Part shown: in pieces, positions 49,600 to 61,597 of the stretch
Layout: every line of letters starts with the position of its first letter
Position numbering within the stretch: the first letter of the stretch is position 1
Source of the DNA: Octopus bimaculoides
Taxonomy: Eukaryota
DNA: 64,000 nucleotides
Reading direction: 5' to 3'
NCBI RefSeq assembly: GCF_001194135.2
Contig: NC_068982.1
Location: 74,794,781 to 74,858,780 of the forward strand
Made by a program: the position numbers and the translations under genes
The notes under the pieces: generated by a model
Databases searched by the model: none
Told to the model about the DNA's origin: nothing
Seen by the model: only the letters and a program-made list of their open reading frames with translations

Positions 49600-50777
49600 A
49601 CAGAGTCACTGAGGAGACATTCAAAATTGATAACACAAAACAGACAAAGGCAAAACATGTAATAAAAAATAATATAAAGAAAAAAAAGTATACAAAGAAT
49701 AAACTGATGCAGTTTTTAATAATTCGTTTTATAAAATATCAAAGATAAAAAGCCAAGAGCCACTGAGTGAAGGTAAATCTTCTGTAAGAAGCCAGCTGTC
49801 CAACTCACCTATGTCGGGACGATACTGTCTTGAATATTATTTTATTTGTTGTCTTGCAGACTTTGTGCTATGGCAATGTTATGTTACATCATGACTTGGG
49901 AGGAGGAGGGGGAGGATAGAAAATAAAGTTGGTTGTTTTGCAAAGAGATTGATAAATTAAAAAAGAAAAAAAACGGCAGGGAAAAAAATCTCACCTCGAA
50001 CAATAAAAGGTTGGTGTATGTATTCATTTGGGAATATATATATATATTTATATACATACGAGTACAATAACACATTAAAGTGGGTGTGTTGTGTATGTGT
50101 GAATTTCCGACCAATGTCTGTGGTTAGGTTGTAAAAGAGAGAGAGAGAGAGAGAGAGAAGAAAAAATGGGATGGTGGTAAGTGCTCACATACACAAAAGA
50201 CTTAAACAATTAAAAAAAAAAATGTGGGGGACGTGGAAGGGGGAGCAAAACAACCAACTGAAGATTAAAATTGAAAAGATAAAAAGAATACATTAAAAAA
50301 AAATCAGTTCATACACATCTATTTCACAATCGTTTATTTTTTTATCGTCCAATTTGGGTTTTTGAAAACAAATATCTTAAATGATATTTTGACTTGGCTA
50401 TATATAGCAAAGGTGCTAATATACACTGGCACATACACTAAATGTGTACGAGTTTGTTTCTGTACAAATTTTCAATATAATTTCATACTTTATCATTTGT
50501 TTGCTGTTTCCTTTTAATATCATGGGAGATAACTCTAAAATTAATGTTCACAATTGAACATTATGATAACAATGTCAACTTATTTTTCCCGCCACCCACC
50601 CCAATAAATTGAAAAAAAAGAAAAAAGAGAAAAAAGACTAGGAGTTGGCTTAACCAAACTGAAAAGGGCAAACTGTTGCTTTGCCAGTGGATTAAAGAAA
50701 AAAAAGCCACGGCAATATAAGAATAGAGGGTTCCAGGATATAGATAATATTTGTGACTATAGGAGCTTGTGATGTGT

Positions 50778-50825
<48 letters not shown>

Positions 50826-51946
50826 NNNNNNNNNNNNNNNNNNNNNNNNNNNNNNNNNNNNNNNNNNNNNNNNNNNNNNNNNNNNNNNNNNNNNNNNNNN
50901 NNNNNNNNNNNNNNNNNNNNNNNNNNNNNNNNNNNNNNNNNNNNNNNNNNNNNNNNNNNNNNNNNNNNNNNNNNNNNNNNNNNNNNNNNNNNNNNNNNNN
51001 NNNNNNNNNNNNNNNNNNNNNNNNNNNNNNNNNNNNNNNNNNNNNNNNNNNNNNNNNNNNNNNNNNNNNNNNNNNNNNNNNNNNNNNNNNNNNNNNNNNN
51101 NNNNNNNNNNNNNNNNNNNNNNNNNNNNNNNNNNNNNNNNNNNNNNNNNNNNNNNNNNNNNNNNNNNNNNNNNNNNNNNNNNNNNNNNNNNNNNNNNNNN
51201 NNNNNNNNNNNNNTTGTTTAGAACATTTCTCACATTGTATAATAACAGCTCTGTGCATCCTTCTGGTCCATTATTTGGCCAGATCCTTTAACTTAAAAAG
51301 TACTTCAACATAGACGCACTTCTTACAAAGGGTGAAGCCTACAGTTGTATCATCGGAGCTGACACTTGAGTATAGTGGCCTGAAAAAAATGGTGTAATAT
51401 AAATTACTCCACCGACAGGATACATTCTCGGGCTTTAAGAAGCGTGAGACCCAGACATTGGGTTGTAAAAGAAGTAAGATTGGTCGTTAGGTGCACAGTA
51501 GCAACCATTTAAGTGAAGAGGGGAGGGGGATTAAAATAGAGGTGCTGTTGACAAAAAGAAAACATCTTCATTTTCATTACCACTAATTATTAACAATAAT
51601 TCATTTCTGTTGCGGTAAGAGATGATTTGGATAATTCTGTAGATGACAGAATGGTGTTGCATTCAGAAGACTAAAAATAAGACAAATTGAGTTCTGCATT
51701 ATTATTATTAATTATTATTATTATTATTATTATTATATACAACTATAAGAGAGAGAAATAGGCAGAGAGGTGAGGATAGAAGGAATCACAGATTTTGCTG
51801 AATGAAAAAAAAAAAAAAATTTCAGAATGAAAAAAAATTTTTTTTCAAAGTGTTGTAACTGTCCAGCAGATGCCTGTTTTGGGCAATATAGAAATAATAA
51901 TTGTAGTAGTGACAAATTTATTGTTAATTATGATGGTGGAAAGCTT
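49600..51946 (-). other. NEDD4: Probable long NEDD4 3' UTR (end not defined)
   Basis: Largely TE-free, U-rich on the sense strand, continuing from the stop codon. Contains microsatellites and a gap. The poly(A) site cannot be fixed from sequence. Confidence 0.5.
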
Positions 51947-52096
<150 letters not shown>

Positions 52097-52246
52097 TTAT
52101 ATTAATCATATATAATGCAGAGTGCATGCCAGAAGGGAAAACAAGAATATTGACCACACACCTATGTCTGCATGAAATTTAGATATTTTAGTGGACTCTC
52201 CCATTAGACTACTCACACAGATGATTTGTTTTCAGTGGCGAAGACT

Positions 52247-52848
52247 TGGGCAGAATTCTGCTTTAAGCATCCCATACAACCCCTAACGTTTTTAATTTTT
52301 TGGAATTTTCAGAAAATTTTTGCAAATCTGTATTCTAAGCAGAGGAATTGAAATGAATATTAAAAAATTTTTGTTTTAATTTTTCAATTTTTAAAAAAAA
52401 AATCAATTTAAAATACAGACAATCCAAATTTTTGGCTTCAATCCCAGCAATANNNNNNNNNNTAAGCAGAGGAATTGAAATGAATATTAAAAAATTTTTG
52501 TTTTAATTTTTCAATTTTTTTTTAAAAAATCAATTTAAAATACAGACAATCCAAATTTTTGGCTTCAATCCCAGCAATAGACACCCTTAAATATGCTTAT
52601 TGAAAGATATTGAAAAACATTAATACAACAGACTGACAAACAAAGAGGTTATGAGGTGGTCATGAAATGTGCTAAATATAACAGCTAAAAAGCCCTTAAA
52701 TAGCACACCATTTTTTTTGTTTTTGCATAATCATATGAATTCCTATGTGTAGAACACAAATTCACAAACATTTTCTGAAAATTCAAAAAAAAAACAAAAA
52801 AAAAACTATGAGGTGTTATATGGCATGCTTAAAACAGGATTCCACCAA
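52247..52848. mobile_element. MITE-like element with ~100-bp imperfect TIRs; superfamily not assigned
   Basis: The left end ctgctttaagcatcccatacaacccct...gaattttcagaaaat matches the reverse complement of the right end. Confidence 0.7.
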
Positions 52849-53444
52849 GGCTTGTTTTTTAAGAGACTAATCACACTTTTCAGAAATGCTAATAGCAGAA
52901 AGTTGATACAAATGTTTGCCACAAACTCAATGAACAACACACCTCAAACTTTTCTAGTACAATTCTCCATTTTGTGGGTTAGTGGTTTCACCAGTTTAGA
53001 ATCCAACCCACCTTGGTAGGCTAAATGCGCACCATGTTACCAAACCAAACATTTCTGAGTCCTTGCATGCATATCATATCCTCATAGTTCAAACATCTAC
53101 TTTTCTGTGTTTGCATGGATCCAATGAAAGTACGTTGTGGTAAGGTTGTCTTTGGCTGGATGCTTTGCCTGATGCCAACCCCCACTCATTTCTAAGTGAG
53201 ATAACAATCTCCTACTCAATCAAATGATACTGAAATGTGCCTTTCGTTTCAAAAATTTCACAAGATGTTGAGATATGGCAAGAAACCCAGACATAATTTT
53301 GTAATCGACGAGGAACAAATGACACGATTACTGAAGATATTGTTTACACTCAGCCAGCAACAGAGAAAACAAAACCACTCACCCACACACACAAACCTTG
53401 CCCATTTTCCATTTTAACAACTTAAAGAAAAAGAGAACAACATT

Positions 53445-53846
53445 ACTCTCTTTACTCTCTTACTTGTTTCAGTCATTTGACTGCGGCCATGCTGGAGCAC
53501 CACCTTTAGTCAAGAAAATCGACCCCAGGACTTATTCTTTGTAAGCCTAGTACTTATTCTATTGGTCTCTTTTTGCCGAACCGCTATGTTACGGGGACCT
53601 AAACACACCAGCATCGGTTGTCAAGCGATGGTGGGGGGACAAACACAGACACACATATATATATATATATATATACATATATACGACGGGCTTCTTTCAG
53701 TTTCCGTCTACCAAATCCACTCACAGGGCTTTGGTCAGCCCGAGGCTATAGTAGAAGACACTTGCCCAAGGTGCCACGCAGTGGGACTGAACCCAGAACC
53801 ATGTGGTTGGTAAGCAAGCTACTTACCACATAGCCACTCCTGCGCC
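53445..53846 (-). mobile_element. SINE family A, young full-length copy in the last NEDD4 intron
   Basis: Reverse complement of 13176-13592. Confidence 0.9.
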
Positions 53847-54849
53847 ATTGGATAATTAAACTTGAAAAAAAAAAATTACTGGATTGTCATGGCTGAAACA
53901 CTTTTGAGTGACCTAGAGCTAAACATCAACAACTCTACATGGACAAAGTTAGGATTGTATTCATATTGATAGAAATGAAGAGTTCAGAGATATATTGTCA
54001 ACAATGATTCAGCACACACACACACCCCCCTACATATAAACAATAGCAAGTGGTAGGTGAATGGAGAAAGATTTAACTACCACTCTACTACCTTCTTCCC
54101 AAATGTCACCCACGACCATACAGCCAACATACTGACACCAAGGAATCCAGTGTGAAAATATGCATAAATCACACAAGGTGTGTATACAATATATACGTGA
54201 ATCGTAGTATGGAGAATCAATATAAACTTTGACAAAGAAATACAATGAAGGAAAATCCGGATAACTAACATGTCATAAAGCAATTATTTATATCAGAACT
54301 AGAACAAATGACCTTGTAAAAGAATAATTAGACAGTAATAGTTCCAGTGATGCCAGTTTGTGGTAACACCCCTTAAAATGCATTTCTTTAGAGAAGTTTG
54401 GTGTTTTTGTTAGTCTGAAAGTTAAAGAACTTTCAGACTAACAAAAAACACCAAACTTTTATTTGAAAAAGATGATTCTGCAACTTCTTGAACAACCTGC
54501 ACAAATGATTTGTTTATAGTGATCAAATGTTTGTATAGAACATTAGCTCACTCTTTTCATCAAATCAATGTTGCCTGTACAGGAAGCATGGTGTACCATA
54601 CATAAGATGTTGAAGTGATCACAGAACAATATGAAATGAAGAGTTTGTTCCAGAACACAACACACTGCCTGGTTTGGGAATCAAAAGCATGATTTTACAA
54701 TCATGAGTACAACACCCTAACCAATAGGCCATGTATTCTCACTTAAGAAGAAATATGAACAATGAAAACTTTATATTGCTGAGGTTTTGTTTTAAATCAT
54801 GTACAATTAATAATAGATAGAAAATTTAAGAAAAAAACTAAGAACTTAC

Positions 54850-55019
54850 CAAGTGTGAGCACGAGGAAGCTGATCAGGTGTTCCCCATTTTTCTATAGTG
54901 AAAAGCTGAGGCCCATTGCTGCCATACATTTCAGAGAAACCATTCATTGGAACTCTGGATGTTCCAGTTACAAACTGTAGTAGACGGGCTCGCATTTCAT
55001 TGTTAAAGGAATAAACACA
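54850..55019 (-). CDS. NEDD4: NEDD4 coding exon (170 nt, phase 0/2): [56 protein letters not shown](C); the catalytic Cys codon is split by the last intron
   Basis: Flanked by tttttcaag| and |gtaagt. [17 protein letters not shown] and LPRAHTC are diagnostic of the NEDD4/NEDD4L C-lobe. Confidence 0.98.
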
Positions 55020-55630
55020 CTTGAAAAATAAGAAGACATCAAAAACAGTGATTAATATTCAGAGAATGCAGCAGAGTTCAAGGTTTTATCAATAGTAAAG
55101 ACAATTTATTACTACAAGAATAATCAAGTAAAAAAAAAAATGTAAAAGCTAACCTGAAGTTAATAACAAAAACCAAAGCTTCATATTTATGCTATCTATG
55201 GATATGGAATGCCCACATTTAGTGCTTATATTTCCAGTCTGAATAATGATCAGCTGGAAGTTATCCTGAGATGTGCACCCATATGAATACCCTTTTTCAA
55301 TCCCTATATCTTCTTTGTTTCTCTGGGCTTTGACACACTAGCAGCACTATTTCCTCATAGCCAGACATGTTAAACATCCACTTTTCCAATCTCATATGAG
55401 TTAGATGGAATTTGTTGAGGCTGATTTTCTACAGCCAGATGCTTTTCCTATCACCAACCCTCAGTTGTTTCTAATCAAGCTAATCTCTCTCCATGGCTGG
55501 GCATGTTTCCACAAGAGATTGGAAACAAAAGGCACCATTGTTATAGTGGTGACGGTACATTTTACAACTATCACACAATACCAAGACAAGAAAACATCAA
55601 CAGACATACCTATGCTTGTGCATGTATATA

Positions 55631-56530
55631 TTGTGTTATCTCATAAATAATGCGGTTTTTTTTCAATTGCTTGAACTAAAAGTTGGAAGGGGATGGGATA
55701 AACTACCTGCATCAACTTGCTATAAAAGCAGGTAGTAATTTTACCTTGTACTTATTCTTAGTGCAAGTTTTGAAGAGTGCAGTTTGATCTTAACAGTTAT
55801 TTTTTCAAAGCTATAATGGAAGTGACAAAGGAGTATATTTGGCATGTTTTGCTTTACGAGTTCAATAAAGGCAACAATGCAGCAGAAAGTGTGAGGAATC
55901 TTAATGTAGTATATGGGGATTGAACAGTAAGTGTAAGCCAGTGTCAACAGTGGTTCCAGAAATTCTGAGCCGGAAACTACAGTCTAGAAGGCAAGCCTCA
56001 TTCTGGAAGATCTGTAGAGTTTGACGAGGACATCCTGTAAACCCTGGTGGAAGAAAACCGTTGAGGAACTAGCAGAGAAGTTGGGATTTGGTCATTCAAC
56101 CATTCATTGACACGAGTGCTAAAAGGAAAATAACCATCTTTGGTTTCAAGACAAAAAGCATTCTTCCATCAGGATAATGCTCAGCTACATACAACGAGGA
56201 TGACATTCCAAAGGCTGGAGCAGTTTGAATGGGAGACGATGTCCCACTCACCATATTCGCTGATTATCATTTATTCCACAATCTTCAAAATCATTTGGAT
56301 GGAAAAAATATGAATTCTGTATACGAGGTCAGAACAATACTGGAGGAGTATTTTTCGTCACGGATAAGTAAATTTTGAAAGAGGAGCCTTGCAAGTCTAC
56401 CAGATAGATGGAAGAGCATTGAAGAAAATGAAGGAGAGTATATTTTAGATTAAAAAAGAACTTTGTTTATCTTAATTTTGGAAAATAAAAGAAATATAAA
56501 AAACCCCGTATTATTTATGGGATGACCCAA
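55631..56530 (+). mobile_element. Internally deleted copy of the same mariner family, in a NEDD4 intron (antisense to the gene)
   Basis: Colinear with 1001-2225 (ggataaactacctgcatcaacttgctataaaa...; right TIR tatgggatgacccaa|ta); lacks the middle of the catalytic domain. Confidence 0.92.
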
Positions 56531-57257
56531 TATAAACACCAAGTAGCTATTTCATTCACTATGTGAATGTGTGAGCACCAAACTACACGTGTGTATGCTT
56601 ACATCTTCATGGATGCTTGTATAAGCGAGTGTACATGCGCCATGTAGCTAACACGAGGACATTTATACATCCATATACATTAATAGTTATTTTTAATACT
56701 TTTCTCACTGTATTGCATGCTTGTTTTGATTTTTTCTTTTTTGCATCTGTTATTTTATTATTGGTCTTCTATACAAACGATGATATATCCTTTAATTTGC
56801 TGCTTTTCTTTACACGAAATGAGAAGATACATTGTGGAACTGTTATTTTAGCAAGTTGTATCTATTTATGTTTCAAAGAGAAACATCTGCACTGTTGGAT
56901 GCTCCTGAACTAGTTGTTAAGTATCCCACCTGTGAAAGATCAATGCTAGATATGTCAAAACAATAGTCGTGATTAATAAAAATTCTCATATCTTCCATTT
57001 ATCATATATATATATATATATATATATANNNNNNNNNNNNNNNNNNNNNNNNNNNNNNNNTTCTGTCAACAAAGTAATCAATTCACAAAACTTTTGTTGG
57101 CCTGAGGCTATAGTAGAAAACATTTGCCCAAGTACCATGTAATGGGACTGAACCCAAAACCATGTGGTTGGGAAGCAAACTTCTTAACCACTCAGCCACG
57201 CCTGCAACTGTTTTGGGAATTTTTCCCCACCAAAATTGTCTCAATATCTTTTAAATG

Positions 57258-57422
57258 GAATCATCATCATCATCATCATCATTTAACGTCCGCTTTCCAT
57301 GCTAGCATGGGTTGGACGATTTGACTGAGGACTGGTGAACCAGATGGCTACACCAGGCTCCAATCTGATTTTGCACAGTTTCTACAGCTGGATGCCCTTC
57401 CTAACGCCAACCACTCAGAGTG
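57258..57422 (-). mobile_element. Young 5'-truncated RTE 3' tail, about 90 nt downstream of the NEDD4 108-nt exon donor
   Basis: Same sequence as the 24595 and 42105 copies. Confidence 0.85.
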
Positions 57423-57511
57423 GAATCGATTAATATCATTATGGACATGATAATTTTTTGATCTCTATCAATAATCTATATATCTTAATAAGCTCTATCA
57501 GTAATACTCAC

Positions 57512-57619
57512 TCTCCAGAAATGCACAATAGCTGGATGGTTCTGGTTATATTCTCCTTTGTAGGCTGTGTTCCTTTTCCAGTCATTGACATCAATGTCTT
57601 GGAGACCACACATCAGCAA
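57512..57619 (-). CDS. NEDD4: NEDD4 coding exon (108 nt, phase 0/0): LLMCGLQDIDVNDWKRNTAYKGEYNQNHPAIVHFWR
   Basis: Flanked by ttttag| and |gtgagt. Matches LLMCGLGDVDVNDW...T.YK..Y...H.VI.WFW. Confidence 0.97.
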
Positions 57620-59053
57620 CTAAAAACAAACAACAGTTGAAAAGAATATTTATAACTCAAAATAACAAAAGGAATAATGAATTCAACTTACCTGTGCCTA
57701 TGCATGAATTAGCTCTAAAATTGCAAGTTATCCATTCTCCTCACGTGAGGATAATGCCAGCAGTAATTATTAAAAGTTGTTAATTTATAGGAGACATAAG
57801 AATGTGTCACATTACAGGACTATCAAAACATCTTGAACTATATCCATACTATATATAACATGCACTAGTGGACAATGCATACACACTCAAAAAAGAGCTA
57901 TTCACCTCTGTAAGAAAGCCCTCACTCCATACATGTAAGCCCAACTCTGAATAGTTTGTGTCCCTCTGTGTTTCTAGTCTCAGCTCCTTTCACAACATTT
58001 CCACCTAAACCCACTCAATGGACCTGATTCCTTCACTTCCATCATGGCTCAACCTTACCTAACTCTCCATCGGTTATGACAACAAGTGTTCCAGTTGATT
58101 CAATCAACTGAACATCTGCTTATGAAATTAATGTGCAAGTGGATGAGCATTCCACTGACATGCATACCCTTAACACATTTCTCAATGAGATTCAATGTGA
58201 AACAGAATGTGATAAGGCTGGCCCTTTAAATTACAGGTACTACTCATTTTTGCTAGCTGAGTGAACTGGAGCAACAAGAAATAAAGTGTCTTGGTCAAGG
58301 ACACAATGTGCCACCAGGAATCGAACTAATAACCTTACAATTGTGAGCTGAATATCCTAGCCACTAGGCCACGTATCTTCATTCATCTCACCAGATTCTA
58401 TATCAAACACTACTAAGTCATTCTTCTTCAGACTACATCATTCTACAATTCTCTTTATACTACCTATGATTTTCCTTCAACTACTAATCTGCAAGAGAGC
58501 AAGCTAAACTACAACGAACTGTTTCCCCATTCCAAGACACCCTAAAATCACTGAGCACTGTTCTGCCTCCTCAAACTTGTTTCTGTCTTCTTTTCCATTG
58601 ATCTCTGAGGTTCAGTCCTTTAAGCTTTCTGTCAATTGCTGTCTTTTGAATATGTAGGCCATATTTTTCCTTCTTTGTAGTCCCTTACACTACAGCAGTC
58701 TCAAGCTATGTTTGGGACAACATCACACACACACATATATATCTCTTTTATTTCAGTCATTGGTTTGTGGCCATGTTGGCGCACCACCTCAAAGGGTTTA
58801 GTAAAACAAATCGATCCCAGGGCTTATTTTTTAAAAGTCTGGTACTTATTCTATCAGTCTCTTTTGCCAAAACACTAAGTTACAAGGTCATATACAAACC
58901 AACACCTGCTGTCAAACACTGTTGGACACACACACACACACACACATATGATGGGCTTGCAAATCAACAAATCACAATGGCATTTACCATAACAAGAGAG
59001 ACAAAATAGTGATTACTGTGAAGATCAGAGTAGCAAATAGAAAAATGTCTCAC

Positions 59054-59174
59054 CTCAACTTCATTCTCATCAAATATTTGTAACAATGTTTGGGGGATGA
59101 GAGCATTAAAACCTTTCATGAACAGCTTCATTTGATTTTCAACCCGAGAGACAAACCGCCACTTAATAACTAAG
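59054..59174 (-). CDS. NEDD4: NEDD4 coding exon (121 nt, phase 2/0): LVIKWRFVSRVENQMKLFMKGFNALIPQTLLQIFDENEVE
   Basis: Flanked by ttacag| and |gtgaga. Lies inside ORF 58964..59194 and matches LVIQWRFVNR...GF..LIP..L..IFDENELE. Confidence 0.97.
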
Positions 59175-59950
59175 CTGTAAAAGAGGGTAAACAATAATAT
59201 ATATATATATCTGTATATATAGTTTATAGATCCAATATAGGTAGAATCAACAAAAAAAGAACTCCATCCAGTAAGAGATAAATATCAATTTAAATACACA
59301 ACTGAAATAGTTTCATACATTTACGATACTTAAACTAGGCACATAAATAAAATACTTCATGTATCTCCAAGCAATTATGTGTTTTATATATATTATATAA
59401 ACACACACAGACACACACACACACACACACAGGTTTAGTAATACAAAACAAGGAAAACAGAACTCAAAACATGAGTGCATGTGTGTTTGTGTATATATTT
59501 TTCAATTGGCAGGACCAAGAGTTTCAGGCATGGCACTTATTAAAACTGATAAGCACAATGCACAAAACTCTCAGCCTTCTAGTCACTTTTGTAACTTTCA
59601 GTTGATTAAATAATAAAAAAAAAGTATACTCAGACTTCTGTATTTGAGTTCTATGAGCTCTAGCTACAAACTTGAACTCTGCTAGAATAGTATCATCTTT
59701 GATTATCTGTATTATATCTTTCATTTTTAATTGTCTCAGCCATTGGACTGTGGCCATGCTAGGGCACCACCTTGAAAGTTTTAGTTGAGCAAGTCAATCA
59801 TGATACTTATTCTATTACACCATTTTTGCCAAACCACTAAGTTACAGGGTTGTAAACCAACAAGCAATCATGGGAGGAGGAACAAACACTAAAGCATAGA
59901 CACACACTATATGTGGTGTGCGTGTGTATATATATATTTATTCACACACC

Positions 59951-60335
59951 GGAGGCGCAATGGCCCAGTGATGAGGGCAGTGGACACGTGGTCATAGGAT
60001 TGAGGTTTCGATTCCCAGACCGGGTGTTGTGAGTGTTTATTGAGCGAAAACACCTAAAGCTCCATGAGGCTCCAGCAGGGGATGGTGGCGAACCCTGCTG
60101 TACTCTTTCACCACAACTTTCTCTCACTCTTTCTTCCTGTTTCTGTTGTACCTGTATTTCAAAGGGCCAGCCTTGTCACACTGTGTCACGCTGAATATCC
60201 CCGAGAACTACGTTAAGGGTACACGTGTCTGTGGAGTGCTCAGCTACTTGCACGTTAATTTCACAAGCAGGTTGTTCCGTTGATCGGATCAACTGGAACC
60301 CTCGACGTCATAAGCGACGGAGTGCCAACAACATA
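59951..60335 (+). mobile_element. SINE family B, full length, antisense in a NEDD4 intron
   Basis: Colinear with 11166-11549; TSD-like cacacacc on both sides. Confidence 0.92.
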
Positions 60336-60346
60336 CACACACCACA

Positions 60347-60603
60347 CAGTCATGGCCAAAAGTCTGGAACATTTAAAAAAAATTAAAATGGTTATGCCTA
60401 AATATAATTTAATTCAAATAAATATATAAAATAGAGATATACTTACCTAATAACTGATCCAATGGTTCAATATCTTTTAATTGAATCATTGGATCAGTTA
60501 TTAGGTAAGTATATCTCAACATTGTATGTATTAGAATAGAATTGTACTTGAGCATAACAATTTTAATTTTTAAAAGAACGTTCCAAACTTTTGACCACAA
60601 CTG
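60347..60603. mobile_element. Tc1-type MITE with an internal near-perfect hairpin
   Basis: TIRs cagtcatggccaaaagtctggaac and gttccaaacttttgaccacaactg|ta. Confidence 0.8.
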
Positions 60604-60924
60604 TATATACACACACACAGACACACAATGAGCATCTATAGTTTCCATTCATGAAATTCACTCACAATGAATTGGTTGATTTGAGGCTATATTATAATAC
60701 ATGTTACAGGAAGAAGAGGGATTCTATCAAGTTAGGTTACAGGAAAATACAACAGAAAAATGGCACAATGATAAGCATGGCAAAGAACAAGCCATACACA
60801 ATATTTAATCTAATCATTATTACTATATTTGTATTGAAATACTCTGCCTGCATTTCAATGTCATTATTAATCTCGTGTTTGGAACAAAAATTAACATGAA
60901 ATTTTGAAGGAAGTCTTTTTTTCG

Positions 60925-61322
60925 TTTATCTTTTACTTGTCTCAGTCATTAGACTGTAGCTATTTTGGAGCACCGCCTTTTTGAAGAATTTTTTAGTCAA
61001 ATGTATCAACCCCAGTACTTACTTTTTATAAGCCTGGTACTTATTCTATCAGTTACATTTGCTGAACCACTAAGTTATAGGAACATAAACACACCAACAC
61101 CAACACTGGTTGTCAAGCAGTGGAGGAGAACAAACACAGACACAAAGACAAACACACACACACATATATATATATGCATATATACAATGGGCTTCTTTCA
61201 GTTTCCATCTATCAAATCCACTCACAAGGCTTTGGTCGGCCTGAGGCTATACTAGAAGATACTTGCCCAAGGTGCCATGTGGTTGGGAAGGAAGTTTCTT
61301 ACCACACAGCCACATCTGCACC
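60925..61322 (-). mobile_element. SINE family A in a NEDD4 intron; further minus-strand copies or fragments at about 57060-57207, 58745-58960 and 59720-59915
   Basis: Family motifs in reverse complement. Confidence 0.82.
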
Positions 61323-61378
61323 TTAGATTACTTTAAGGCAGAAAGTTTGTGTCATAAAATGTTAAGTAGGTTGTTTAA

Positions 61379-61597
61379 CCCTTTTAGCATTCAAATTTCT
61401 GTCTAATGTAAAGCTTATTAATTCACACACTTTTGAATTACTCATGCATTATCTTCTTGAGTTGAGATTTTGACAATATGCTCGTTTACTTTTAGTATGA
61501 CATTGTAGGGTAGGTGTGAAAGGCCTGATCTGGCCAGTTTGAACATAAAACAGGCAGAATATTTGGGCCAGATATGGTTGGTTTAAATGCAAAAGAG
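61379..61597. mobile_element. piggyBac-type non-autonomous element
   Basis: TTAA|cccttttagcatt...aatgcaaaagag|TTAA. Confidence 0.72.

Noticed and set aside
52336-52579. Direct duplication of about 117 bp on either side of a 10-N gap
   Set aside because: Typical unmerged contig overlap; treated as an assembly artefact.
54030-54245. 71-aa ORF and acceptor-like site in the last NEDD4 intron, considered as an alternative terminal exon
   Set aside because: In the required phase it gives C-L-Y-stop, and there is no homology; unsupported without RNA data.
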